A stretch of 64,000 bases of DNA from Lama glama. Taxonomy: Eukaryota. Position numbers and translations under genes: made by a program. Within the stretch, counting starts at the first letter, position 1. Each line of letters begins with the position of its first letter. Shown here piece after piece: positions 53,751-64,000 of the stretch. The stretch spans positions 67,086,001 through 67,150,000 of the forward strand of contig CM052816.1 of the NCBI GenBank assembly GCA_028534125.1, given 5' to 3'. Under the pieces are notes generated by a model that had not been told where the DNA came from, did not search any database, and worked only from the letters and a program-made list of their open reading frames with translations.

Positions 53751-53875
53751 GTGGAGAGGGTATAGCTCAGTGGTAAAGTGTGTGCCTAGCAAGCATGAGA
53801 TCCTGGGTTCAATCCTTAGTACCTCCATTAAGTAAGTAAATAAATAAAACCTAATTAACTCCAACCACCAAAAAG
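53751..53875 (+). mobile_element. tRNA-derived SINE (Vic-1-like)
   Basis: A box tagctcagtgg, B box gggttcaatcc, tail aaataaataaaacctaattaactcc as in the 51752 copy. Confidence 0.9.
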
Positions 53876-53932
53876 TATACAGTACTGTATGTCAATTATA
53901 TCTCAACAAAACTGGAAGAAAAAAAATTTTTT
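53876..53932 (+). mobile_element. L1 extreme 3' end joined to the SINE tail
   Basis: tgtatgtcaattatatctcaacaaaactggaagaaaaaaaa resembles a cetartiodactyl L1 3' terminus. Confidence 0.7.
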
Positions 53933-54289
53933 AAAGCATTGTTCAAAATATGCTTGTAAACTGGTTTGAATTTCTCATCAGTAACTTGATCTTAAGTACC
54001 ACTTGCCCAATAAATGAAAAATTGTGTTTATTTTAAACTATGTTGTTGATTTATAGCAATGTTAAACCCAGTTCTCGAGTATGGTAACATGGAGCTCTTC
54101 GTTCTCCATTCTCCATGGGTAAGAAAGATGCCTAAAGGCAACCCATCTCCCTTTCTCTCTCACTTCACATGCTAAAGTGAACCCTGCCAATCACTAAGTT
54201 ACCTATCACCTAAGAGGTTTAACAGAAACAGGCAGAACCACTTACATGGCAGTCAGGATCACTTCCTAAATCTCTGCCTCACTAAAAAT

Positions 54290-54745
54290 GGTGTCTGGGA
54301 TGGCAACTTCCCTTTATCCTCCTAGTTTATTCGCCATCCTTCTGAACCCTGCTCTCTGACCCAGGAGGTTGACATGTTCAGAATACATCAACATAACACT
54401 TGCAGGTATGAAGCTGTGTCAAGAGATCAGAAGTAGGAAGAGAGGGAGGGTGGGGATTCTTCCCCAGGGAGTCCCTGTGCTGACCTGTGAGGTGGCTGCG
54501 CCCCTCCACTGTCAGGCAGCCCTCCATACCCCTCTGTCTCTGGGTTGCCTTTACCTCTCTATCACTTGTTCCACCAACCCTGACAGTATTAGCAGGAACC
54601 CATATTGGCACAGGGGGACACACCATCCTTGTTGCTTTTCCTAAACTGTGCCCACACCCTTGTAAATAGGCTTTTCATCATACTCCTCTCAAATTACCTA
54701 ATCTTAATGTGCCATCTGCTTCCTGTTGAAATCTTGACTGATACA
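54290..54745 (+). mobile_element. LTR40-like ERVL LTR
   Basis: 3' end cccacacccttgtaaatagg...aattacctaat...tgtgccatctgcttcctgttgaaatcttgactgataca. Confidence 0.7.
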
Positions 54746-55204
54746 ATACTGAAAAGGTTGGCAAGCACCTACAAGCCTCACAAAAACATTACCACTCTAT
54801 AAAATTCCTACTTAAGATACAATCTCAAAAATTAGGATGGAGCTTTTTTTCTAAAGACCAGGCTTCCATTTATTAGCGGTTAATTATGCATTGAATCAGA
54901 TGAAGAAAAAAAGGTCTACTTCTTTCTGCCTGAGTAAAAATATTGCAAACCTAATACAGAAGAGGAAGAGGTATGTTTATTTCTATAATTACCAGGGTTA
55001 AGGTGCCTTGACCTGTAATGTTGTTTGGGAATCCAAAATGTCTGAAAGAACCATGGATCCTCCTTATTCTTTCTTTTTCTCTTGCCTTCTTGATTCCAAG
55101 TAACACAGAGGCCCATCTGCCTCCAGAAAGCTGGGATCCAGTACTTGCTCTTCTACCTAACAATTCTGACCTTGGATATAATCTCCCCTAGTCTTAGTTC
55201 CTCT

Positions 55205-55559
55205 TAGGGACTGAATGTCTCTGTCCTCCCAAAATACATATGTTCAAGTCCTAATTCCAAGTGTGACGGTATTTAGACATAAGTTTTTTGGGAGGTAACT
55301 GGGGTTAGAGGAGATCATGAGAACGGGGCCCTCATTGTGGGATTAGTGACCTTATGAGCTTGCTCTCTCCCCTCCAGGTGAAGACACAGTGAAAAGGTGG
55401 CCATGTACAGCCATGAAGCAAGCTCTTGGCAGAAATAAAACCCTGCTGGACCTTGATCTTGGACTTTCTAGCCTCCAGAACTATAAGAAAATAAATTGAG
55501 CAACACGGAATTTTGTTACAGCATTTTTGTTATGGTATCAGCCCAAGCAGATTGAAGCA
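55205..55559 (+). mobile_element. MaLR LTR (MLT1A/MST-like)
   Basis: gactgaatgtctctgtcctcccaaaatacatatgtt...gggattagtgaccttat...ccttgatcttggactttctagcctccagaact. Confidence 0.85.
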
Positions 55560-55619
55560 GTTCCCTTACCTTCAAACCAGAGGGGATTATCCTAGACTAC
55601 CCACATTAGAAGGTCTCTC

Positions 55620-55810
55620 TTCCACTTACCAGTTATATAGCTTTGATCAGGTACAGCTTTGAAACTATATCTCAATTTCCTCATCTGTAAAATTAGAATA
55701 ATAATAGCACATACTTCTTTGGTTTGTTGGGAAGATTAAATGGGATAACTCAAGTAAAGTACTGAGCACAGTGTGGCTAAATCTCAATTAACATTAATCA
55801 TCATTATTAT
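55620..55810 (+). mobile_element. MIR SINE
   Basis: ctcaatttcctcatctgtaaaattagaataataatagcac...ttgttgggaagattaaatggga. Confidence 0.8.
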
Positions 55811-57339
55811 CACTCTCATGGAAACTCAGAATAAATAACTCTGCCAGGGGAAATGACAGAGTCAGCAAAGGCTTCTTAAGAGGGGTGATGAAGAAAAGAG
55901 GCAAGATCACATCCTATAGTCAGCCCTTTCTGCAGTCCCAAAATATGTAACCCAGCATTGGCCATATAAGTGCTTATTACCTGCTCTTTGATCGATGTAT
56001 TTGTTTAAAATAATAGTCCAATTACAAATGCATAAATTTAATAATGTATAATTTACATTATGAACAATCAAAAAATAAGTGTGGAAAGTGAGCTGACCAG
56101 TAAGGAGAGAATTCAGTAGTTACTTTATGAGTTCACAGCTTGTCCCTTTGGATGAGGGTTCAGGGGTAGACATGATATGGCCAGGTGGACGTGATATGGC
56201 CAGGTAAAAAGACGAGGCACTTAATCTTAAATCTCTTTACGACAGGATGTTTAGCCTCACTGAGTTTTGTGGATGTGAATTCCCTATCCAGATCATATAT
56301 TTCTTTAGGTCAAAAATCATACTTCATTTTACACAACACCCACTCCCCAGGAGCGTCTCAGAGTATAAAGCACATAGTGGACTGCAGAAAATCATTAGTA
56401 AATGATCAAATGCTAAGTAGACTGCCCCTCACACTGTCAGTCCACTTAAGAAGACCTCCTGGAAAAGAAAGAATTTGAGGAACCATTTGAGCAGCAAGTA
56501 CAAGATGGTGAATTTACACAAAGGGGGTTATTTCCAGGCAGAGAAATGCCTTGGAAAAGGTCAGATTCATAACTCATTTCTCTTAGAATTTTTTAACTCT
56601 TGTTTTCTAGTTCTGTTTAAAAAGGATTGCATAGAGTTAAGAAGAAAAAGAGAGAGATGTTAGGGGAAGAGAAAAGAGGAAGAGGAAAAATGCCCTAAAA
56701 GGCCTCGGAAAAGCCCAGGGACAGATTGGGGTGGGCACTCCTGAAAGAGCAGGGGCTCTCACTTCTCCTTCTGTAGGAAATGGGGAATGTTGAAGCCAAT
56801 TATAAGATGAGACAGCAGGACCATCACTCACTCTAAACCCAAGCCTGGTTCACACGAACAAACAGGATGAAGAACTGCTCAACTATCAATGCCCACCCCA
56901 TGCTTCTTGAGATCTGACAAAATGCATTTAGTCAGTATTCATAGAGTTTGGTGGGAACTCACTACTTGATTAGCCACAATGGTGGAGAGTAATGGAACAC
57001 AGCAAGATTAACTAGAATAGATAACTGTTCCCCATGACTTTCCATTATGAGGGATAGAAAACACACAAAAGTGACTATATAGGAAAGAATATTATATATA
57101 GAAGAGATTGACTCAAACACCAAAAAAAGTTTATACCTTTGTTAACTATAAGGCTGATGAGAAAGGAAGAAGGGAAGAAAAGGTTTTTCGCAGGATGTGA
57201 GTCTGAGAAATGCCCTGAAGAAAATGAAGAACCTGGCTTGGCCGGGGTCAGTCAGATCATTCCAAACCAGGTCTAGGGGTACAATCTGAGGAAGAGTTGG
57301 GCAAAAATAGGCAAGATATATTATCACTTAGAAACTGTG

Positions 57340-57770
57340 TTCCAACCCCCCCAAAACTGTATTATTGCATATTTTGGATTTATTGTTCTTTCACATGAAA
57401 GATATCCAAAGGGGGCTGATATAGGTCTGGTATGATGCGCCTTGATGTCATCAGAGACCCAGGCTCTTTTGAATTTTCCATTTCACCATCCTTGAAATGT
57501 GATCCTTATATTCTTAAGCTCACAAGATGGCTGCCAGAGCTCCAGCCATCATGTACACGTTTCAGACTAAAGGAAAGAGGAAACGCTAAGGTAAAGTAGG
57601 CACATGCTTCTCTTTTGAGGAGTTTCCCCAAAAACTTTCTTTTAAACCTCACTGGCTAGAATTGTCACATGGCTATCCCCTACCTGCAAGGAAGGCTCAA
57701 GGCATATGCTATTCTGCTGGGCACTTCGTTAATCCCAAAAGAATCAAATATTTATGCATAAGGAATAATT
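57340..57770 (-). mobile_element. MaLR LTR (MLT1J-like)
   Basis: cacaagatggctgccagagctccagccatcatg...ctcactggctagaattgtcacatggc...ctgcaaggaaggct. Confidence 0.7.
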
Positions 57771-57779
57771 CTAGAGCTC

Positions 57780-58200
57780 AGCAAAAAGTACTAGCAAAAA
57801 TCTTCTCCACAAAAGATAGAGTGCCTGTAAGCAACTAACCCTGTAATTTGGGGTCTGTATCAGACTTCGAAGAAGAGGTTGAAGACAAAGTGACAACTGT
57901 TGCTCTTGCAAAGAAAGATGGGCTTGAAGAGATGGATTAAAAGGTTGTCAAAGTGCTGTTGAAAAACTATATGCAGAGGAATTGCTAAGTGAAGAACTTG
58001 TTCCACTGGCTGTCCAGTGACAGTCACTGCAGAAACACACTCAGGACCAGCAGAGCACATAACAGCACCTGGCAGCCAGGGGCTTGGATGAAATATGACA
58101 TTGTGATCACAGGCTCTTTTAGGACCATCAACATCCAAATGTCTCTCTTAAGACCTTCAGGCTCCCTTGTGTTGACATGTGGTGCACTTTCCTACTGTCT
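57780..58200 (+). mobile_element. Possible Tigger/pogo transposase C-terminal remnant
   Basis: From 57863: DFEEEVEDKVTTVALAKKDGLEEMD*KVVKVLLK, then after a frameshift YAEELLSEELV. This resembles the acidic Tigger/TIGD tail (IVELAK.LG.E.D..DV.ELL..H.EELT.EEL). Confidence 0.45.
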
Positions 58201-58484
58201 TGATATGATTTTGACTTCCCATCAGTTGAGTTTAAAATATAAATCAAAAAATCCTCACACATCCATTTGTAAAAACGATTTGGTTGTACTTTAGGAATAT
58301 AAATGTAATTTTTTTAACCTTGGGCCAAAAATATTGATTTAGGATATAAGTATGTTCTCTGAACTTCAGAAAACTGAGAAGCATTCTGCCAAGGCAATGT
58401 TCACCAGGAAGATGTTCTACAGTATGCCACAACTATATAATGTGCATCCCGAGAGGCCAGCAGGAGATAAACACATACAGTTAA

Positions 58485-58655
58485 CAGGGTCCCCCATGTA
58501 GCTTAAAGCCACTGAGGGCACCATTCGTACTGTGGCCTAGGCTAACTGCATCCCTGGGGCACAACTTCACAGACCAGCCTGCAAATACCACCCATGTAGT
58601 GGTCCTGGTAACAGATGTCTATGAAAATGATGCCCTTCTAGAGTTACCACATGGC
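58485..58655. mobile_element. Possible MER91-like hAT MITE remnant
   Basis: caggg start, gagggcaccattc and gaaaatgatgcccttctagagtt resemble the MER91 internal palindrome. Confidence 0.3.
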
Positions 58656-58689
58656 AATAACTGAAAACAATTGTAATACTTTATTCTTT

Positions 58690-58830
58690 TTAAGTGTTTT
58701 ACAATTTAAAACACCTTTAACATTTGAAACAATTTGGCTCATTCTTTTTTTTAAACAATGGAGGAAACAGTTTCAGGGAAGTTTAATGCCTTATGCAGAG
58801 CCACACACTTCCTAAGTGGCAGAATCCATG
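58690..58830 (-). mobile_element. MIR fragment
   Basis: gaggaaacagtttcagggaagtttaatgccttatgcagagccacacacttcctaagtggcaga. Confidence 0.6.
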
Positions 58831-59144
58831 GCCAAAGTGATATACCTCCATATATTTAGACCATACCTGATGGATAGGATTGAGTCTCTCTTGAAGTTAC
58901 TCAGATCATGCCATTCTAAACGTATTTTCACTAAGATGGGTAGTGAGTGCTAAGAGAATGTAAATCTTTTTTTCTTCCTCTGATTTATATAAATAATACA
59001 AGAGCCCTGGACACTATAAAATTGTTGGTTTAATTATATGGTTTTTAAAAAAACCCTATTTTCAGCCCCTCTTATATCCAAAACCACCTACCCCAAACAA
59101 AAACAAAACAAAACAAAGTCCTTACATTAAATTTATGTTATGTT

Positions 59145-59255
59145 AAAGGCACCAGAGTTGGAGTCAAGAAGCCTAGGTGTATTCCTAACTTTGAAACTAG
59201 CAAATGTTTCCATCTCAATTTCCCCCTCTGCAAAATGAGGGAGTTAGAGCCTCAA
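59145..59255 (+). mobile_element. MIR/MIR3 fragment
   Basis: ttggagtcaagaagcctagg...ctcaatttccccctctgcaaaatgagggagttaga. Confidence 0.6.
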
Positions 59256-59394
59256 TACCCCTGTCAGCTTTCCACTCCAGAATTTAATGCTGGCCTGGTT
59301 AAAAACTCAATCAAGCTTACTGAAAGGAGCTGGACACTCCAAAAATTAAGATCCATGACACAGTAAGGAACAATGGTAGCAAAACACGGCTGGC

Positions 59395-59423
59395 TCACGT
59401 GACAAGATGGCCTCTATAAATAG
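59395..59423. promoter_or_regulatory. Motif cluster: TCACGTGA E-box, AAGATGGC (YY1-like), CTATAAATAG (MEF2/TATA)
   Basis: Three consensus motifs within 29 bp of apparently non-repeat sequence. Confidence 0.4.
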
Positions 59424-62400
59424 GAATCCCAGAATATCTGTTCATAAGACTAGCGGCTGGTAGCTCTCAGCTGCCTGGAGCTGCTATAGATTTAGAAGAA
59501 ACTTCTTTGTTTGGCTCTCGTTCCCTATTTCTAAAAATCCAGTAGCTAATTTAAGGTTTAGTACTAATAGATCACTGTTTTATGTGGCTTAGTACACTGA
59601 CAAGCTTATGGAACTAGGTTTATTGCCTGTGCAGGCTCAGTTCGTGACTTCCCAAAGAAACTGTGGGAGATGGACCTGCTCTGTCTCCTACTTCACCCTC
59701 CTCATAATAATCTTGAATTGTATTTTAAAATAGAGCAGCAAACTCCCTTAGCTTGGGCTACCTAGGTCTGGAAATCTGCTGGGAGAACAGGAAGAGAACA
59801 AACTCAATTCTTCTGTCAGCTTCTCCCAATCCCACGTCCAAATCCCCAGGGTGGTAAGAACAGAGGAAGGGAAGATAAGAAGACACAAAAAGACCTAGTT
59901 GATTTGTTCAGTGTTGATGCTCTTGGTTGCTTAATGAGGGACCAGAGCTAACTCTCCGTCTTAGGGCACATCTGTGGATTCTTCAGAGGCCCATGAAGCA
60001 TCTCCTTTAGCTGACCTGATGCTACCTCCCTCACATCAGCTCCTGCCTTAGCAATAAACCCTACAGCCTCATATTTCCACAGCCCCAAGGCCTTTGCAGA
60101 GCCCATAACAGAAGGCTCCAACCTGATTCCCTTTTGTGGTGCCCATTTGGCTCACGGCAAAGTCACACATTGTTACCAAATGTTAAATGTGCAGCCTCTG
60201 CTCTTGCCCTGCCTCCAAGTGTGGCTTCAGCCAGTCTTTCATTTCAAGACTATCTTCCATAGTACTTCAGACAGCAGTCAGGGATGCCCCCCCAAAATGC
60301 AAGGACACACATCAAGCTTTCTGACTGGTCTCCTCATAGCCCCTCTCACTAGGCTGAAATGAGAGGAAAGCACCCAATATTCTTTTGGTGTTGGGAGCAA
60401 GGGGTTGACTCCCAGCACAGATAATTCACCAAGGATATTCCCTCTCTTGGCTTTTTAAACATCAATCCTTCTTATCTTCAAAGTCCATATTGGGCCAAAG
60501 GTCATAAAGCTTGTCCTTGACCAGCTCCTTTGAAAATCCTGCATAGGGGATCTAACCTGGAAGCTGGATGTGTAAGTACCTGCCTTCTTGCTGCTTTCTT
60601 CTCAGACAACTAGGGTCTATTGGGCGTGTCACACAGAAAAAAAAATTTAATATTCTCTTGTTTATATTCACAAATATTCTTCTACCCTACAAAATACTTC
60701 TATGAGCATATAATTAATCATATATTGCTTTCCTATAATTATAAAATCCTAAATTTTTCATCTCCTCTTTCAAGTGTGCCTTACTCTCCTAATCATTTAC
60801 TTTCCTTACCCCTTCCATTCTTAATTGTTTCAGTCTCTCTGTTGCCTCAGAGTCTTTATCCAAAGAAGTATATAAGAAAAAGTTAGCAAGAACTTCAGAA
60901 TTCATCAAACCCAACTGGTGAGATTAAAAACTGTAAAATCAAGGCCAGAAGAGACTTGCCCAAAGTGAAAAACTAGTTAGCATCAAAGTTACCTCTATTC
61001 TCTTTTTAGACAAATAAAATAAAACAAAACCCCAACCTTGAATACTTAATGTGACTTTTGCTCATCACTTTCTTCCAGGGCCCCTGCAATGAGATGAGGT
61101 ACAGTAGTAGCCCTTGTCACTTGCACATACATACATCAGCCACCCACCTGTGGATGAAGCATGGCCTTTTTTGTCCCCCAACAGCTGATCAGAAAGGAAG
61201 CCCCTATGCAGTCTTAGATGTGAGCTGAGAGAAGGGCAGTGGTCCAACCATAGTGAATAACAGAAGGGCCTAGGCCACCTGCTCGCTTGTGTCCTCTGTC
61301 CCCGCTTGTGCCCATCATGGATGTACCAATTCTATCTTACAGCAAATTGCCTGAATTTATTACTTGGTGAGTCTGTTGGAATCTAGCTCATGACGGGCAG
61401 TTTGGGCAAAACAGTCACTAGATATCCCAGGTTCTGCTGTTCCTTTTCTGCTGGGGCCCTGAAGCGTCTCAGAGCTGTACTTTGAAGAGTTAGTACTCCC
61501 TGCTGCAGACGGCAGGGGCCTGCTCTAGAACCATGGGTCTGTGCTGCACAAACCTCAGATGTCTTTTTCACCGCAGACCTCTCTGTCACCAGAGGGTCTG
61601 CACTGCGTACAGTCACAGAGGCAGGGCTGTTGGCACCATGCACTACACCTGCTGGAAAGCCCTTTCCTTCTCTGGGCCCCACTCACATCTGGAAGCCTCA
61701 ATGTCAATCACAGGTCACTTCTGTGCTCCCCAACTTGGAATATGTTATCGCCAGAACCCAAACTAACCTACCAGATGTTGTGCCTCCTGCTGAGTGGTAA
61801 GAGGCATGGGATGTGATCATGTGTCCTTTATTTTGAAGAGATGTCTCGTCAGAAGACACCCATGCCCCTTGAAAGCTAGAGCATGACAAAAGAGGGAGAG
61901 GACATGGAGAAAGGCTGAAGGCATCTATACTTGCCGTCAAATCGCTCAATCTGAGAGAAACTCAGTCACAGAATTAGGGTTCTCATTCTGATCTCCAACA
62001 CGCAGCATCCACAAACATACCTGAAATCCTTCCCCAGTCCATTAAAGGGAGCTGGAACAACACACCTTCTGCCCCATCACAGCCCTGGGATTGCTCTGGA
62101 CTCTTACACAAGCTGAGTAGAAGCCACAGAAGCAGCCAATGATGTCTCACTACCTGAAACCAGCCACCAAATCCTAGACCACCTGTGCCTCCTATCTAAA
62201 TAGGCCTGGCCCCAGCCACCCACACCAGGAAAACTGAGGCAGGACCCGAAGGCCAGGGAAGGCATAAGAGACACTTTGTGAATTAGTAATGTGTTTAATA
62301 TTTTAATGGCTTATGACTGCATACGGCTGATGAAGGAAAAAAAAAAACAACTAATTCTTAAGCTGTAGGTGTTTGGTCCTGCCTGAGAGTTTGATACTTG

Positions 62401-63529
62401 GTTTGTGGACTGTGTTCCTGTGGCTACTTTAAAAAGAGGAATGCCTTAATCTAGGCTGGGATTTTATATGAAGCCCTATGTGAAGAAACCTAGAAAGTGC
62501 TCGTATCATCAGTGTTTAAAGGTGGAGGGGAAGGAAGACCATGGAGAATAATCCCAAATCCCTACAGCTTCCTCACATACCTTGCTTATATAAGAATGCA
62601 TGTCCCAGTCTAGCAGCTGAAACCAGAAATAGTCTTGCCCTTCCCACCTCTCCACAGATGCCAGGCTGCTGCAGAATCATCATTCTGTGTGCCACACAGT
62701 CTGCTCTTCCTCCGCACCTCTAGGCGAGTTCACCTCAGCTCTTCTTTCTGTTGGTCTAGCACCACTTGATGGAAAGGTCTATCATATCAAAGTGGAGGAA
62801 GGGGGCAGCCCTCCACGTGAGGCTACTCCCTCCTCTTCCTCTTCCAGACCCCACGGCTCAATCTTACTTCCTGCTCACTGCCTCTTTCGTTGTTGCCAAA
62901 TGAGGTAGGGGAAGAGGAAAGGAAGGCACACACCTGCTCCAAGGCTACCCAGGGCCCCTGACTCTGCTGCTCCCATTCCAGCACTGAGAGGACAGTGCAG
63001 AGGAAAGGAGGAGGGTCCCAGAAGCTGGCAGCAGAGGAAAGAAGAGAAGAAAGACTCCACCTCTCTCTTTCTCTCCAAACTGGTTTCTCACCGGCTCAGG
63101 CTCCTTTTCTGACCATGTAGCTCTCCCTCCAGCCTTCTCCCCCTAAGCTCTGGTAGCTGTGGACTAACCATTGCCACCCACAGCCCAACCCTTCCTCAAG
63201 TTTCTGCAACCTGCCCTAAGAGTCGACTCAAGCTGGGGAAGGCCAAGCTTCTCAGCACTGATAAAAATTGGGAAGACGAGCCCTCGGGCAAAGAAGCTCC
63301 TATATCAAAAGCTGCTCTGTGTGATGAGGGGGTACCATGGCAGTGAGAGAAATCACATCACAGTCAAAATCATTGGCAGTGATAGTGGTGGACTGTCATC
63401 TGTGCGATGATTACAACCATGGTGCACACGTCCTGCTATGGCGAAACGTGCTCTAAGCTCCAAACTCACCGAACACCAAGTGTAAAATGCCAAATAATAC
63501 AGTAGCGCCAGGCTTCTAAAGAAAACAGG

Positions 63530-64000
63530 GGTCTCCTGCCCTGTCCCTTCCTATCTTGAATCCTAACCTCAAGAAACAACCACTTTCAGCCCTTTCAGCT
63601 TTTTTCTTTAGTAATTACCTCCATATTAGTAATCACTAGGCTCATACTGCTATCACCTGATTTATCAAGTTCAACATTTTCTTTTGACCTCTCTTTAAAA
63701 GGTAAGGCTTTAGGAGTTCTACCTTTTCCCCATGCTATCTCAACAAACACATGGATATACACACATTATTTCTATATCTTCTTAATAATTATGGAGGTTT
63801 TTTTATTGACTCAAACTTCAGTTTATATATTAGATACAAATATACATATTTAAATATAATAACATCTAAATATTGTCAACATCTGAGCCTGGTAGTATAG
63901 ATGACTGTATTTCCTTTCTTGTACAACTGCCTTGTTTTTCTCTGAAGTTCGTCACCTCCTATTTTGTTGTCGACTTGCTTCTCTATGTACCTATCACTAT
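63530..64000 (-). mobile_element. Old L1 (L1ME-type) 3' region
   Basis: caaccactttcagccctttcagct...taattacctccatatt...tatttcctttcttgtacaact resembles antisense L1ME 3'UTR. Confidence 0.45.

Noticed and set aside
1..64000. The short ORFs (60-167 aa) in the ORF track as genes
   Set aside because: Lengths fit random expectation, many begin at non-ATG codons or lie in repeats, and only the L1 ORF2 pieces show recognisable homology.
1..64000. CRISPR array, operon or other prokaryotic system
   Set aside because: No regularly spaced repeat-spacer structure and no gene-dense region. The sequence is clearly mammalian.

Overview
Mammalian genomic DNA: AT-rich, CpG-depleted and repeat-dense, so probably intronic or intergenic. 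Three tRNA-derived SINEs resembling camelid Vic-1 and the style of the young L1 3' ends point to a camelid. I recognise no protein-coding gene. The only ORFs with recognisable homology are decayed L1 ORF2 pieces. Much of the window is interspersed repeat: old L1MC/L1ME, younger L1 fragments with target-site duplications (TSDs), L2, MIR, ERVL/MaLR LTRs, and Tigger and Charlie DNA transposons. Worth a second look are (i) a ~2.6 kb L1 that keeps both ends but has lost ORF1, the endonuclease and the RT catalytic core, (ii) two SINE + L1-3'-end composites, each inside one TSD pair, (iii) a poly(A)-only insertion with a 15-bp TSD, (iv) minus-strand exon-like segments that may belong to a spliced lncRNA or small-ORF transcript, (v) a tight palindrome cluster, and (vi) an E-box/YY1/MEF2 motif cluster. 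I found no evidence of a prokaryote-type system such as CRISPR or an operon. Repeat family names come from remembered consensus sequences. Boundaries are approximate unless a TSD or TIR is given.
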